From: Octopus vulgaris
Taxonomy: Eukaryota
DNA length: 64,000 nt
Reading direction: 5' to 3'
NCBI GenBank assembly: GCA_951406725.2
Contig: OX597843.1
Span: 6,572,001 to 6,636,000, forward strand
The position numbers and the translations under genes were made by a program. The notes beneath the pieces were generated by a model. The model did not search any database. It was not told the DNA's origin and was given only the letters and a program-made list of their open reading frames with translations. Of the stretch, positions 52,522 to 64,000 are shown in pieces. How positions within the stretch are numbered: the stretch's first letter is position 1; every line of letters starts with the position of its first letter.

Positions 52522-53499
52522 TTAAACAACAAAATATCAGAGAATTATTATTTTTTTTTTTAGAAGTAATGAAAACAATACAAGAGACGAAATGTGTTTT
52601 GTTGCTGGGTTAGGTTTTAATATTTAATCATATCAACAGAGAACATTTGTGTTTAAACAGTCCACATCATTCAAATAACTGAAATAAAGAAAGAAAGAAA
52701 GAAAAAGAAAGAAAAAGAGAAAAAGGGAAGAAGCATAACAATATATAAGCAAAGATATTCGTTAACACCTCGAAATAAGATTCGTCAAGATTTGATTGAC
52801 TGCAAAAATAAATAATTAAATAAATAATAAATAAAAACCAAAAAATAAAAATAAAAAAACTACATTGTCATTTGCTTATATATTGTGTCACTATTTCTCT
52901 TTGACTGTTTGTTTCTATGGTAACAAGGAATTCAGAGTAACAATCCAAGAAGCAGGCGCTTCGTATCGTAGTCGTTATGGGTACAAATTCTGTCTTTTTT
53001 TTATAACGAGGAATTGTTTCTTTGTTTGTAACAAAAAGACAAAAGTTGATCTTGTTTACGGTGGTTTTTATCAATTCAACAACCGGTTTATGAAAAGATA
53101 TTTCTTTTGGTTTTTTGGGTAAGAAAGTCCCCCGACAAGGGTGAGAAGCCATTTATTGTTAAGGGACTATGAAGAAAGAGATATTAAGATGAAAGGAATG
53201 GATTTACTTTGGACTTGAAAGAGTTCAGGTCAGAAGGATGGAAGTGATGGAGAACAACGGACAAACACAGGAAAAAAGAAACATCTTCTTAAAATAGACA
53301 AAAAGATGAAGACAGAGACAGCTTCTTAGAATGCTAAACGGGGAAGTTAAGTGACCTTTATATATTTCAGGCGAGAGGATATGTCATTAGAAGTGAGCAG
53401 CTTAGAGAAATACAAGTTCCTGATGACGGGCTTTTGTGCCCAAAATATAAAATGGTTGCTTAACTTTCCTGTTGAGCATTTTTTGTTTGTGTGTGTATT

Positions 53500-53960
53500 T
53501 GTGATTCCCAAATAAGGTGAGAAGCCACGAAGTGTAAGGGTCTATAAAGACAGAGTTGTTGAATTGAGAGGAACGAATTTGCTTTAGATTTGAAAGCATT
53601 CAGCTCGTAAGAAGAGGGAGAGCAATGAGATGGAAGAGTGCTCCAAAACCTGGAAGTTGAAGGAAAAAAGCTGCAGCCATAGAAAGACTTGCTTAGTTGT
53701 GGAAACACGACAACATTTGGATGAGGGTGATGTGAGTTTTGGGTCAAGTGAGAAGACACAGAGGGATCTGGGACTAAGAGAGGAAGTTCATCAGAGCACT
53801 TCCTGTGGCAATAATGACAGAAAAGACAAAGGCAAGTGATGTCATGGCAACGTGACAAGGGTTGCAGAGTAGAAGCAAGAGAGGGATCAGTCAAATTAGG
53901 GAGTTGCTTCTGGACCTGGTCGAGGAGATTCCTAGTGACAAGATGGTGCCTCTGCTCAAA
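53500..53960 (-). mobile_element. CR1/L2-group LINE 3' fragment (related copy 54540-54822)
   Basis: LCLFCHYCHRKCSDELPLLVP...SFFPSTSRFWSTLP...AFKSKANSFL resembles the post-RT C-terminus. Confidence 0.75.
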
Positions 53961-54039
53961 TATGACAAAAGTATTTCGTACAAGGATGAATTGTGGACTT
54001 GTCATCATCATCACCATCTTCATAATTTAATGTCCGTTT

Positions 54040-54510
54040 TTCCATACCAGCTCTACCCCTGGGTCTCCTGATGGTTGGCTTAGCTTGAAGTATCCATCTT
54101 GTGATTCTTCCTGCAAGATTCTAATGACATGTCCACAGTACCAGAGCTAAGGGGGTAGAGTTTTCAGGGTCCCGTCAGAATCAACCATCATTACACTTTT
54201 TCTGCTGGATTCCCAAGCAAGACCAACTGAGAATAATAATATCCAACCATCTCATTCTTGGTCCCCTCCTGGGTCTCCTGCCACTTGGCTCAGCCTCAAG
54301 AATCTGTCTTGTGATTCTTTCCTGTGACATTTTAATCACATGTCCTTAGAGCCAGAGCTGTGACCTCTCAATATTGCTAAGTAGCCCCTTGACCTGGAGA
54401 GACTCCCTGATGTCTCTACTATGCACTCTGTCGACTTCTACATCAACATCAATCGGTAAACCATGCTGAGCTCCAGCTGAGAGCTGTTTCCTCAGAATGT
54501 GCAGACAGGT
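54040..54510 (-). mobile_element. Degraded RTE-like LINE fragments (two tandem pieces)
   Basis: Frameshifted GHVIKMSQE...ITRQILEAEPSGRRPRRGPRMRWLD on the minus strand. Confidence 0.6.
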
Positions 54511-57325
54511 GAAATTCTCTCTGCCAGAGATTGGCTCACACACAATCATCAAATGTGAGAAACAATTTAGTAAGGGATCGTGAAGAAGGAGCTATGGAGA
54601 TGAAAGAAATGAATTTACTTTAGGCTCGAAAAAGAGTTCGGGTTATAAGGATGGAGAGTTCCAAAGTCTGGCAGTTGAAGGGAAAGAAGCTACGGACATA
54701 GAAAGACTTGCTTAGTTGTGGGAACAGAACTGCATCTGGATGAAAATGATGAGAGTTTTGAGTCAAGTGAGAGGGCACAGAGTGATCTGGGACTAAGAGA
54801 GGAGGTTCATCAGAGCACTTCCCTAAACAACAAACCCTTAAAGACCAGAGGAGAGAGAAATATTGGAGCTCTTTGTTTTAATTCTCTGCATTCTGATATC
54901 AAACCCCTAATGAGGGCACCTTTGCCTTTCAAGCTTTTGTTGGTTGGGGTTAATAAAAAAAAACTGCTGGTCAAGTACTAGGGGACAGTTCTCATCTCTC
55001 TCTCTCTCTCAGGCTCATTAAAGGACCAAGAAAGAAGCATTCGTAGGTGCAGGAGAGGCTGAGTGGTAAGAAGTTTGCATCTCAACCACATGGTTCTGGG
55101 TTCAGTCCCACCGCATGGCACCTTGGGCAAGCGTTTTCCACTACAGCCTTGGGCTGACCAAAGCCTTGTGAGTAGATTTGGTAGACAGAAACTGAAAGAA
55201 GCCCATTGTATATATATTCCTTTAGCATTTGAACTCGCCATATTTGGACCAGATCTGTCCTTTCACACCTATCCTGCAACATCATTTTAAAAATAAACAA
55301 TCACCTCATTGAAATCTCAAAGCTATGGAGATAATGTAGGATTAATTCAAAGCAATGTGGATAAATAAGGATTACATCTGGCAGAGTAATCTGGATGCTA
55401 AAGTGACATACATAGATAAGACATTGGGTGTGGTTTGAGGGAGATTTGGCTGCTATTTCTAACAGGACCAACCACCATGTAGAGGTCACCACTGTTTCTT
55501 CGTACATAGATATATAAACCTGTAGCATCGAAACCAATCATATCCGGCCCAAATATTCTCCTTGTTTTATGTTCAGACTGGCCAGATCCAGCCTCTCACA
55601 CCAACCCTACAATGTCATTCTAAAAATAAACAATCACATCGTTGAAATGTCAAAGCTATGAGATAATCCAGGATTAAGTCAAAACAATGTCAATAAATAA
55701 GGATTACATCTGGCAGAGTAATCTGGAGGCTAAAGGGGAATGTCTTAGAGAATTTGCTACATGGAAACTGTGTAGAAGCCTGCCATATGTGTGTGCATGT
55801 GTGTGTGAGTGTGTCTTTGTCCTCCCACCACTGCTTGACAGTGTTGGTTTGTTTATATCCCCATAACTTAGTGGTTCGGCAAAAGATACTGATAAAGGAA
55901 ATAAGTAACAGAGTTGGCTAAAACCCTTGAAGATAGTGCCCCAGCATGGCCACAATGAATGAAGCAAGTAAAAGATAACAAAAAAACTACTGGCTCGGAT
56001 CTGATGTATCAACAAAAAATAGATAAATACAAAAAATTATAAATGAATAGGCGTAGGAGTGGTTGTGTGGTAAGTAGCTTGCTTACCAACCACATGGTTC
56101 TGAGTTCAGTCCCACTGCATGGCACCTTGGGCAAGTGTCTTCTACTATAGCCTCAGGCCGACCAGAGCCTTGTGAATGGATTTGGTAGACGGAAATTGAA
56201 AGAAGCCTGTCGTATATACATACATATATATATGTATGTATGTATGTGTTTTGCATGTATGTATGTATATATGTATGTATGTATATATATATCTATGTAT
56301 GTATATGTGTATATATATGTATATATATGTAAATATACATGTATGTATATATATATGTGTGTATGTATGTATGTGTGTGTGTGTGTATATGTTTGTGTGT
56401 CTGTGTTTGCCCTCCCCAACATCGCTTGATTAATTCAAAACAAGGCCAGATCCTGCCTCTCACACCTATCCAACAATATCATTCTAAAAACTAAACAATC
56501 ACATCATTGAAATCTCAAAGCTATCAGATAATCCATAATTAATTCCAAACAATGGGTGTAAATAAGCAATCACATTTCACAGAGTAATCTGAATGATGAA
56601 GGGTTAATTAATAAAGAGAAAAACCATTAAATAATTAGGCTGCTTAACGACCTCTGTGATATTTTGCCCCTGTTCTTTTTTAACCACCAAAGTTCTTCTA
56701 ATGCTGCAGAAAGTCGAACGGATGAGTGAAGAACGAGAGAGTGCCAGCACCATTCTTCCTGGATTTACGAAATAAATGGGGTTCTTTCACATTGGAAGAC
56801 TGATGGCAAGTCTTGGGGTGGGGTTTGTCTGCTTTATTTTTGATTTTAAGACATGTTGGTCAGGGGAGGAAGGACAGGGTCCAGCCCCAGAAGTATATGT
56901 ATGATATGTGTGTATATTAGAGAAGTGGGTCCGGGTTCAGTCCCACTGCATGGCACCTTGGCAAGTGTCTTCTACTATAGCCTCAAGTTGACCAAAGCCA
57001 TGTGAGTGGATTTGGTAGACGGAAACTGAAAGAAGCCCATCGCATGTGTGTGTGTTTGTCCCGCCAACATCGCTTGGCAACCGATGGTGGTGCGTTTACG
57101 TCCCTGTAACTTAGTGGTTCAGCAAAAGACACCGATAGAATAAATACTAGGCTTACAAAGAATAAGTCCTGAGGTCGATTTGCTCGACTAGAGGTGGTGC
57201 TCCAGCATGGCCGCAGTCAAATGACTGGAACAAGTAAAAGAGAGAGTGTAAAAGTCTGCTCTGGCATTTTGCAGTCCCTCCCACACAATCATGTATACAT
57301 ACAAATACACACACACATATATATA

Positions 57326-57362
<37 letters not shown>

Positions 57363-57366
<4 letters not shown>

Positions 57367-57443
57367 TGTGGACCAAAAGTTGTGCTACCATTTAATATAT
57401 ATTGTCATATTAATTGGTTGTGAGACTTTTGGGCCACCCTGTA
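57363..57443. mobile_element. Miniature Tc1-type MITE (similar element 28285-28355)
   Basis: TA-CAGTGTGGACCAAAAGT ... ACTTTTGGGCCACCCTG-TA. Confidence 0.6.
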
Positions 57444-58504
57444 TATATATATATATATATACAGACACACACACATGCATTACCATTGTCATCAGTCAAC
57501 TCCCGTTTTCTATGCTGGCATGGATTGGATGGTTCGACAGGAGCAGCAATTGTCTGCCTTGGAAACGGTTTCTATGGCTGGATGCCCTTCTTAACACCAA
57601 CCGCTTTACTGAGTGTGAAGGCTGCCTTTTTATCTGGTATCAGCACCACTGCTTTTTACTTGCCACCAGCACATGTCTGTGTATATAGGCATGTATGTAT
57701 ATATATTGTTATATTTCGGAATGGTCATTTTGCCAGTTTAGCCAATAAAAACACACGCACTATATATTTGGTGTTATTTTGCTTCAGTGTTATTTATTTT
57801 TTACATTAATCTTAATCTTATTAAGAGTTCTTTCGTCACACTCCTGAGACCGCATCAGTGGTCCTTTGTTTTCTTCTTTCTTATTTGTGTGTCTCTCCTT
57901 ACTAACCGTCAAAATGACCATTCCGAAATATAACAATATCTGTTTCAACACACGGCTTCACATAAAAAATCTTGCACAACAAATATATGTGTATATATAT
58001 ATATATATATGATGTTTTTCAGACCCTCCTATGCTGGGTGTTTCAGCTAAATTTGAAGAATGCTTCAATGTCTCCTTTTTCCCAAGAATGGATTGAGGCA
58101 TTCATTAGCAATCTGCAGCATCTCTCTCTTTACTCTTTTACTTGTTTCAGTCATTTGACTGCGGTCATGCTGGAGCACCGCCTTTAGTCAAGGAAATCGA
58201 CCCCGGGACTTATTCTTTGGATGCCTAGTATACTTATTTTATCGGTCTCTTTTTGCTGAACCACTAACTTACGGGCACGTAAACACACCAGCATCAGTTG
58301 TCAAGCGATGTTGGGGGGACAAACACAGACACACAAACACACATATATACGACGGGCTTCTTTCAGTTTCCCTCTACCAAATCCACTCACTCCTGGTTGG
58401 CCCAGGGCTATAGTAGAAGACACTTGCCCAAGGTGCCATGCAGTGGGATTGAACACGGAACTATGTGGTTGGTAAGCAAGCTACTCACCACACAGCCACT
58501 GGAG

Positions 58505-59150
58505 AGCAGAAAGATTAAAGTCGAAGTTGAGGGAATATTAGTCGATACGGAGGACTGGAAACCATCTGAATATTGGGAAATAGTTACCTGCATCATGAGG
58601 ATTCACCCTGGGTATCCAAATGCTGACATTATGGCTGCCGCTCAATGCTCTGTGGACCCTGAAGGTTGTAAGACATAACGTGGACAGCTATGGCCAGCAG
58701 GAAGGGACACAGCAGGCATTTGGGTTGTATCTAGATGCTGGAATTCATCCCCATGTCTTCGAATGGGGCCTTATGCTCAATTCAGATGGCTTTGTGAAGC
58801 TGCTGGAGAATGGTCAATCCCTGGCTGGAGAGGGTTGCTTCTGGAAGGCCATATGTGTGGCAGCAGGATTTGGCTCCTTGCAATACCTTAGGAAAGAGTC
58901 AGAAATGGTTGCCAGGGGGTTTCTTCAACTTCACATGACCCAATCCCCTCGATTGTAACCCCATCGATTATTTATTACATGTGGGGGTGCTGTTGAGAAG
59001 GACCCTGCCTGTAACACCAAGGCCAAGCTGGTGGCCAAGATGAAGCAAGTGACCAATGTCCTTACCAAGATCACAATGAAGAACATATGCGCAAGGTTCT
59101 GGCACCTTCTTGAGGCCATGTTGGAAGCTGAAGGCAGCGACTTTGAGGGA
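58505..59150 (+). mobile_element. Degraded Tc1/mariner-superfamily transposase
   Basis: Frameshifted PNPLDCNPID...WGAVEK...CNTKAKLVAKMKQV...CARFWHLLEAMLEAEGSDFE, a typical C-terminus. Confidence 0.7.
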
Positions 59151-61884
59151 AGTGTTTCATGTTTGGATGGGAGAATGTGTTTTCTTTATCTTTTCATGCA
59201 AAGTTGTTATGGAATGGAATATGGCAACTGCATATATACACCTATATAAACCTATATATATATACAGGTCACTTTAAAATACAAACCTTTCACTCTGCAA
59301 CACTGTATATAAATTCTCTACTGGGACTACCATCTAGATGGAAACTGTGTGGAAGCCTGCCATGTGTGTGTGCATTTGCGTGTGTGTGTGTCTTTGTCCT
59401 CCCACCACTGCTTGACAGTGTTGGTTTGTTTATATCCCCATAGCTTAGTGGTTCGGCAAAAGATACTGATAGAGGAAATAAGTAACAGAGTTTGGCCAAA
59501 ACCCTTGAAGATAGTGCCCCAGTATGGCCACAATGAACATCTGGATGTGCTTTGTGCAACTAATGGAGCCTGCATCGAAGTATTCTCATATTTCCAATAT
59601 CTCTTTATCGATCTCTTCCAATAAACACTGCTGAGTTAGACCTATTTTTCGTTTATTACTGAATTTTTAAAATTGTAAATGTAATTTATGGACATCCTGT
59701 CTATAACATATATATACATATACACACTCATACAAGATGTCCTTTAATTATCTTTACAAATTCCACCATCTATCATCTAGATGTGTTACGTGCAAGCAAC
59801 AGACCCCACAAGGAACTGCTCTGTTGTTTCTAAAAAAAACTCTATTTCTTTGCCCATGTTTTCCAATAAACTCTGCTCAGTTATCCTAATTTGCCATTCA
59901 TTTCTGAATTTTTCAAATTGTAAAAGTAATTTATGAACAAGCTGCATGCTGTCATGGTCAGAAGTTTGGGACACAGATCTGGAAATTAGAATTTTTATAT
60001 TAAATACCCAAAGTTATATTTGAATCGAATTATACTTGGGCAAAACAAGTTTAATTTTTCCAAAGAAATGTTCCAAACTTTTGACCAAAACTGTGTGTGT
60101 ATATATATTCAATAATGAGGGTGAATAAAATTATAGATATTAATTCAATAATACCCTTATTTTAACACCAAGCGATCTAGCACAAAAAAAACGGGGATAC
60201 AAATTCATATTTATCCATAAATATTAGAGAGCCAACTTTGAATATGTTAACTCTAAGTGCTAGAAATAGACCCACAGCGCTAAGAGTACCATCCGAGCGT
60301 GATTGTTGCCAGAGCGGTTAACTGGCTTCCGTGCTGGTGGCACGTAAAAAGCTCCATTTGAGCGTGACTGTTACCTGCGTCACCTTACTGGCACTTGAGC
60401 CGGTGGCACGTGAAAAAACATTTGAGCGAGATCATTGCCGGTGCCGCTGGACTGGTTCCTGTGCAGGTGGCACATAAAAAACACCATTTGAGTGTGGCCA
60501 TTGCCAGTACCGCCTGACTGGCCCTCATGCCGGCGGCATGTAAAAGCACCCACTACACTCTCGAAGTGGTTGGCGTTAGGAAGGGCATCCAGCCGTAGAA
60601 ACTCTGCCAGATCAAGATTGGAGCCTGGTTCAGCCATCTGGTTCACCGGTCCTCAGTCGAATCGTCCAACCCATGCTAGCATGGAAAGCGGACATTAAAC
60701 GATGATGATGATGAAGATGTGTGTCCAACACAAAACATTGCTATATAAATAGAGTCCCTAAAATTGCTGTTTCTCAAAAAAAGGGAAGAAAATAAAGTAA
60801 AACGTAATAATCTGTCAGATGTCAATAATGGCAGAAAGCAGCAGATCAAGTTTCAATTCCTACTCTCTCTCTTTCTCTCTTTCTTTCTTTCTTTCTTTCT
60901 TTTACTTGTTTCAGTCATTTGACTGTGGCCATGCTGGAGCACCACCTTTAGTCGAGCAAATCGACCCCACAAGGTTCTGGGTTCAGTCCCACTGTGTGGC
61001 ACCTTGGGCAAGTGTCTTCTACTATAGCTTCGGACCGACCAAAGCCTTGTGAGTGGATTTGGTAGATGGAAACTGAATGAAGCCCGTCATGTATATGTGT
61101 ATGTGTGTATATGTTTATGTGTCTGTGTTTGTCCATGCAACATCGCTTGACAACAGATGCTGGTTTATTTATGCCTCCGTAACTTAGCGGCTCAGCAAAA
61201 GAGATCAATAGAATAAGTACTAGGCTTACAAAGAATAAGTCCTGGGGTTGATTTGCTCGACTAAAAGGCGGTGCTCCAGCATGGCCGCAGTCAAATGACT
61301 GAAGCAAGCAATAGAGTAAAGAGTGAAAGAGCAATTAATAATCACACACACACACACACACATACATACTAATTAAACGATAACAGTTAATTAACCACCA
61401 ACACAATAATACTAAAAAAAAACATTGATCTATGCAGAGGAAGTACAAACCAAATTCTCTCGTCTTAACGAAGGAATGAGAGTAGATTAAAATTAACGAA
61501 GGACGTGGTATTGAGACATAATTAGATGAAGGTTTAGTTTGTAGATCTGCCCTATGTCTTCAGTGCCAGGGTTTAATTAAAACCGTTAATTGAAGTGTCT
61601 GCAATTATGGTTTAGGAATTTTTGTTTGTTTATCAAACTTTGAAATCTTTGAAAGAATAAGGAAAAAAAAAATGAAATACCGTTCTTGGACTGCATCAGA
61701 TGATGAGACAATAAGGATGAGGATGAGTGTAATTTTGAGGGGAGGGGGAAGTAGGTTGCCTGACCCTGAAATTGACTTCAGTGACATTTGAACTCATAAC
61801 ATAAAGATGAGTTAAATGACACTGATATGCTAACGAGTTTACTAGCTTGCTGCTGTAATAACAACAACAATAGTAATAGTAGTA

Positions 61885-61926
<42 letters not shown>

Positions 61927-61928
61927 TT

Positions 61929-62226
61929 ATGATCAAGAAGGGAATCGAAAATTATATGAGAATGATCCCTGGCTTACCATCCCTGCAAGAAGTGCAAAAG
62001 ATTGTCTTAACTGGTACATCACACGTATTGAGAAGAGCATTGTCGATGTGAGAACTATTACTACCCATGTATTCTAATTTAACTTTAAAAACAATTTTAA
62101 AAATGAACGAACTAGTGAGTTTAGTTTAATGGCCTACCAATGTATACTATGAGTTTCTTTGCCCTAGGAGTCGGGAAGACACCCAGCAAGAAATGGAAGC
62201 AAATTTGAAAGAAGAAGAAAAACCCA
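61929..62226 (+). mobile_element. R4/Dong-like (RLE) LINE 3' end inserted in (TAA)n
   Basis: IPGLPSLQEVQKIVLTGTSHVLRRALSM* plus 3' UTR, flanked on both sides by (AAT)n. Confidence 0.7.
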
Positions 62227-63554
62227 TAAATAATAATAATAATCCTTTCTATTATAGGCACAAGGCCTGAATTTGGGGGAGGAAGACTGCCAATAACATT
62301 GACCCTAGTGTGTAACTGGTACTAATTTTATTGACACTGAAAGGATGAAAGGCAAAGTCAACCTCAGCAGAATTTGAACTCAGAACGTAACGACAGATGA
62401 AATACTGCTCAGCATTTCGCCCAGTGTGCTAACGATTCTGCCAGCTTGCCACTTTAAGAATAATAATAATAACGATAATTAATTTTAACATAATTAAATT
62501 CCATGGTGGAGAAGAGGGGGGGGGAAGCCATGTTTGACTATACCAACACCTACTTTTGCCCCTGGGATATGACTGGTATAACAGACAGGTCCAGACTCAT
62601 CTGCATGGGTGAGTGTATGGGGTGGTGGGTGGTGGGTGGTGGGGCTGGTTAAATTCTGAGAATGCAAAAATGAAGAAAGGGGTCAGATTTAGTATAAAGG
62701 GCAAGGAGACCCTATTGTTCATCGGTCTGTCTGTTTGTCCACCTGTCCAACCATCTGCCTGCACGACACTTAATAAGATTCTACCCACAATCCAACCATG
62801 ACGAACTACAACCGGACTTAATTGGTAAATTGTAGTTTCCATTAAACGAGGCCCCGAGACCCACGGAGAATGGAAACCCTTGGATGTCACTTTGAGTGCA
62901 TCTTCACATTGGTACCAAGCGTATTACTGGTACACAGCAACAGCAGTAAGTAAGTAGCAAGCAACAAAAAAAAAAAATATTTATTTAAAAAAAAAAAAAT
63001 TGTTTTTTTTTCTATTTTTTTTCTTTCTTTTTATCTTTTTATCTTTTCACCAAAAAACATTGGAGGGCAAAGGTCAGAGGCTCAAATCTTAAAACCGAAA
63101 AATTTTGAACTCAATACTGCAAAAAAAAAAAAAAAAACAAACAAAAGAAAAAAAACAACAACAACAAAAAATAAAAACACAAACACAAAATAATAACAAT
63201 GATAATAATAAAGTTTAGTGTGAATCTCTAGTACGTTGGTTCAATCTACCCGTCCGACCCCTAAACACTAACAACAACAATAACAACAACAACACAGATG
63301 TCTATCATTTCTACAAAGGTTCGTAATATAGAGATTTGGGGTTTATCAAGGGGGGGGAGTTTTCGCAAAAAAATATCTGTACAGTTTCCTTTTTTTTTTG
63401 TAATTATATATATATATATTTAATTGTTTTTAAAAAGTTTTTTCTTCTTATTTTTCATTTTCATTTCTCTGCTGTTAACTTTTGGGTGTGTGTGTGCACA
63501 TGCACGAGCAATATATATATACATACATACATATGCATACAAATATATATATAT

Positions 63555-63621
<67 letters not shown>

Positions 63622-63721
63622 TATATGCACATTCGCGGTGCCCCAGCATGGCCACAGCTCATGAGCTGAAACTAGAATCAATCAATCAATCAATCATTCA
63701 ATATGTATATATGTGCATATA

Positions 63722-63756
<35 letters not shown>

Positions 63757-63836
63757 TTATTATATAGAAGGAGCTTCATATAACCCCGAATTGAGTACCT
63801 TATTTACTGTGGTTAACCCCGAATCAACCCGGGACC

Positions 63837-63883
<47 letters not shown>

Positions 63884-64000
63884 ATATGGCCTGGTCGCTT
63901 AGCCAGCAGGGTGGCGTAATTCGAAGGCTAAAACAATGCGAACGCATTGTGACCAGCGATGTGTAACAACATCTGATGGTCTGGTCGTAAAAAAGAAAAA

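Overview
Repeat-dense animal genomic DNA, most likely an octopod cephalopod (Octopus). This is inferred from the tRNA-derived SINE families and the very high (TA)n/(CA)n/(GAT)n microsatellite load. Almost all listed ORFs are microsatellite or SINE artefacts. The main find is absent from the ORF track as a gene: a complete three-coding-exon, + strand CS-alpha/beta (insect-type) defensin gene at 38960-39005, 40015-40038 and 41112-41245. It encodes a 67-aa prepropeptide (MAFKVILVIFLLTLSGISTATSEEKVLSAR-GVSCNVMGNMGCYVHCVRLGHRRGGRCNAAKSCICHV), with two phase-1 introns, a GATA-rich upstream region and an AATAAA. Convergent with it is an intronless 598-aa ORF of unknown function (45425-47221, -). Also present: a CpG-rich promoter-like island with a 64-bp-arm hairpin (32500-33550), a young 92/103-bp minisatellite, several long hairpins (some with degenerate hammerhead-like cores), and remnants of RTE, CR1/L2, R4/Dong, Penelope, mariner/Tc1, hAT, piggyBac-MITE and Helitron elements.
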